DNA from: Squalus acanthias
Lineage: Eukaryota
Reading direction: 5' to 3'
Length of the DNA stretch: 64,000 nt
Assembly (NCBI GenBank): GCA_030390025.1
Contig: CM059432.1
Location: 20,028,001 to 20,092,000, forward strand
Part shown: positions 63,771 through 64,000 of the stretch, one piece after another
Layout: every line of letters begins with the position of its first letter
Numbering within the stretch: the first letter of the stretch is position 1
Position numbers and translations under genes: made by a program
The notes under the pieces: model-generated
What the model was told of the DNA's origin: nothing
The model's database searches: none
Seen by the model: only the letters and a program-made list of their open reading frames with translations

Positions 63771-64000
63771 TCCTCTGCTTCTTGCCTCCACACTTATTTT
63801 GTCAGGCACTGTTCCTTTTTACAATCACCTTTCGATAACACTGAAAAATCCATTGTAATCGCTAGCGCTTTGGTAAAGGTTGAAGAAACTTCACCTCCAT
63901 TTATATGGCCACATACCTTACATGCTGACTTACAATTCCCCCCCCCCCCCCTTCCCTGTCAGCCTACTTTGGTGAACTCAAGAGTGTCAGGTCAAATATA

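Noticed and set aside
1..64000. Prokaryotic systems (CRISPR, retron, operons)
   Set aside because: No regularly spaced repeat-spacer array or operon structure. All RTs belong to eukaryotic LINE, PLE or LTR classes.

Overview
Vertebrate genomic DNA, very probably from a shark or other elasmobranch (HE1-type V-SINE, abundant CR1 LINEs, Penelope-like elements). The window lies inside a large minus-strand gene recognised as TSNARE1. Three short coding exons (33879-33789, 30880-30806, 8658-8605) have canonical AG/GT ends and splice in frame to HATQQETNKTISSSTKYIKQLSEIVRGSSR/REWLQLDRLKNQLSDSIQRYGGLQK/KVAEKSRALLPATQKNRQ. The flanking exons were not found and probably lie outside the window. The introns are mostly nested transposons: many CR1 copies (two with long open RT ORFs), L2/CR1-group LINEs, GIY-YIG Penelope-like elements with hammerhead-ribozyme-like motifs, a full-length decayed Gypsy element, a copia-order gag-PR-IN fragment, Harbinger-derived elements and MITEs with Myb/SANT relics, and a pogo/Tigger-like MITE. 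The most striking structure is a spacerless 733-bp palindrome (36256-36988). It has a 34-nt tail, a 14-bp target-site duplication and a hammerhead-like core on each strand. All family calls come from reading the sequence and from recalled family features; no searches were run.
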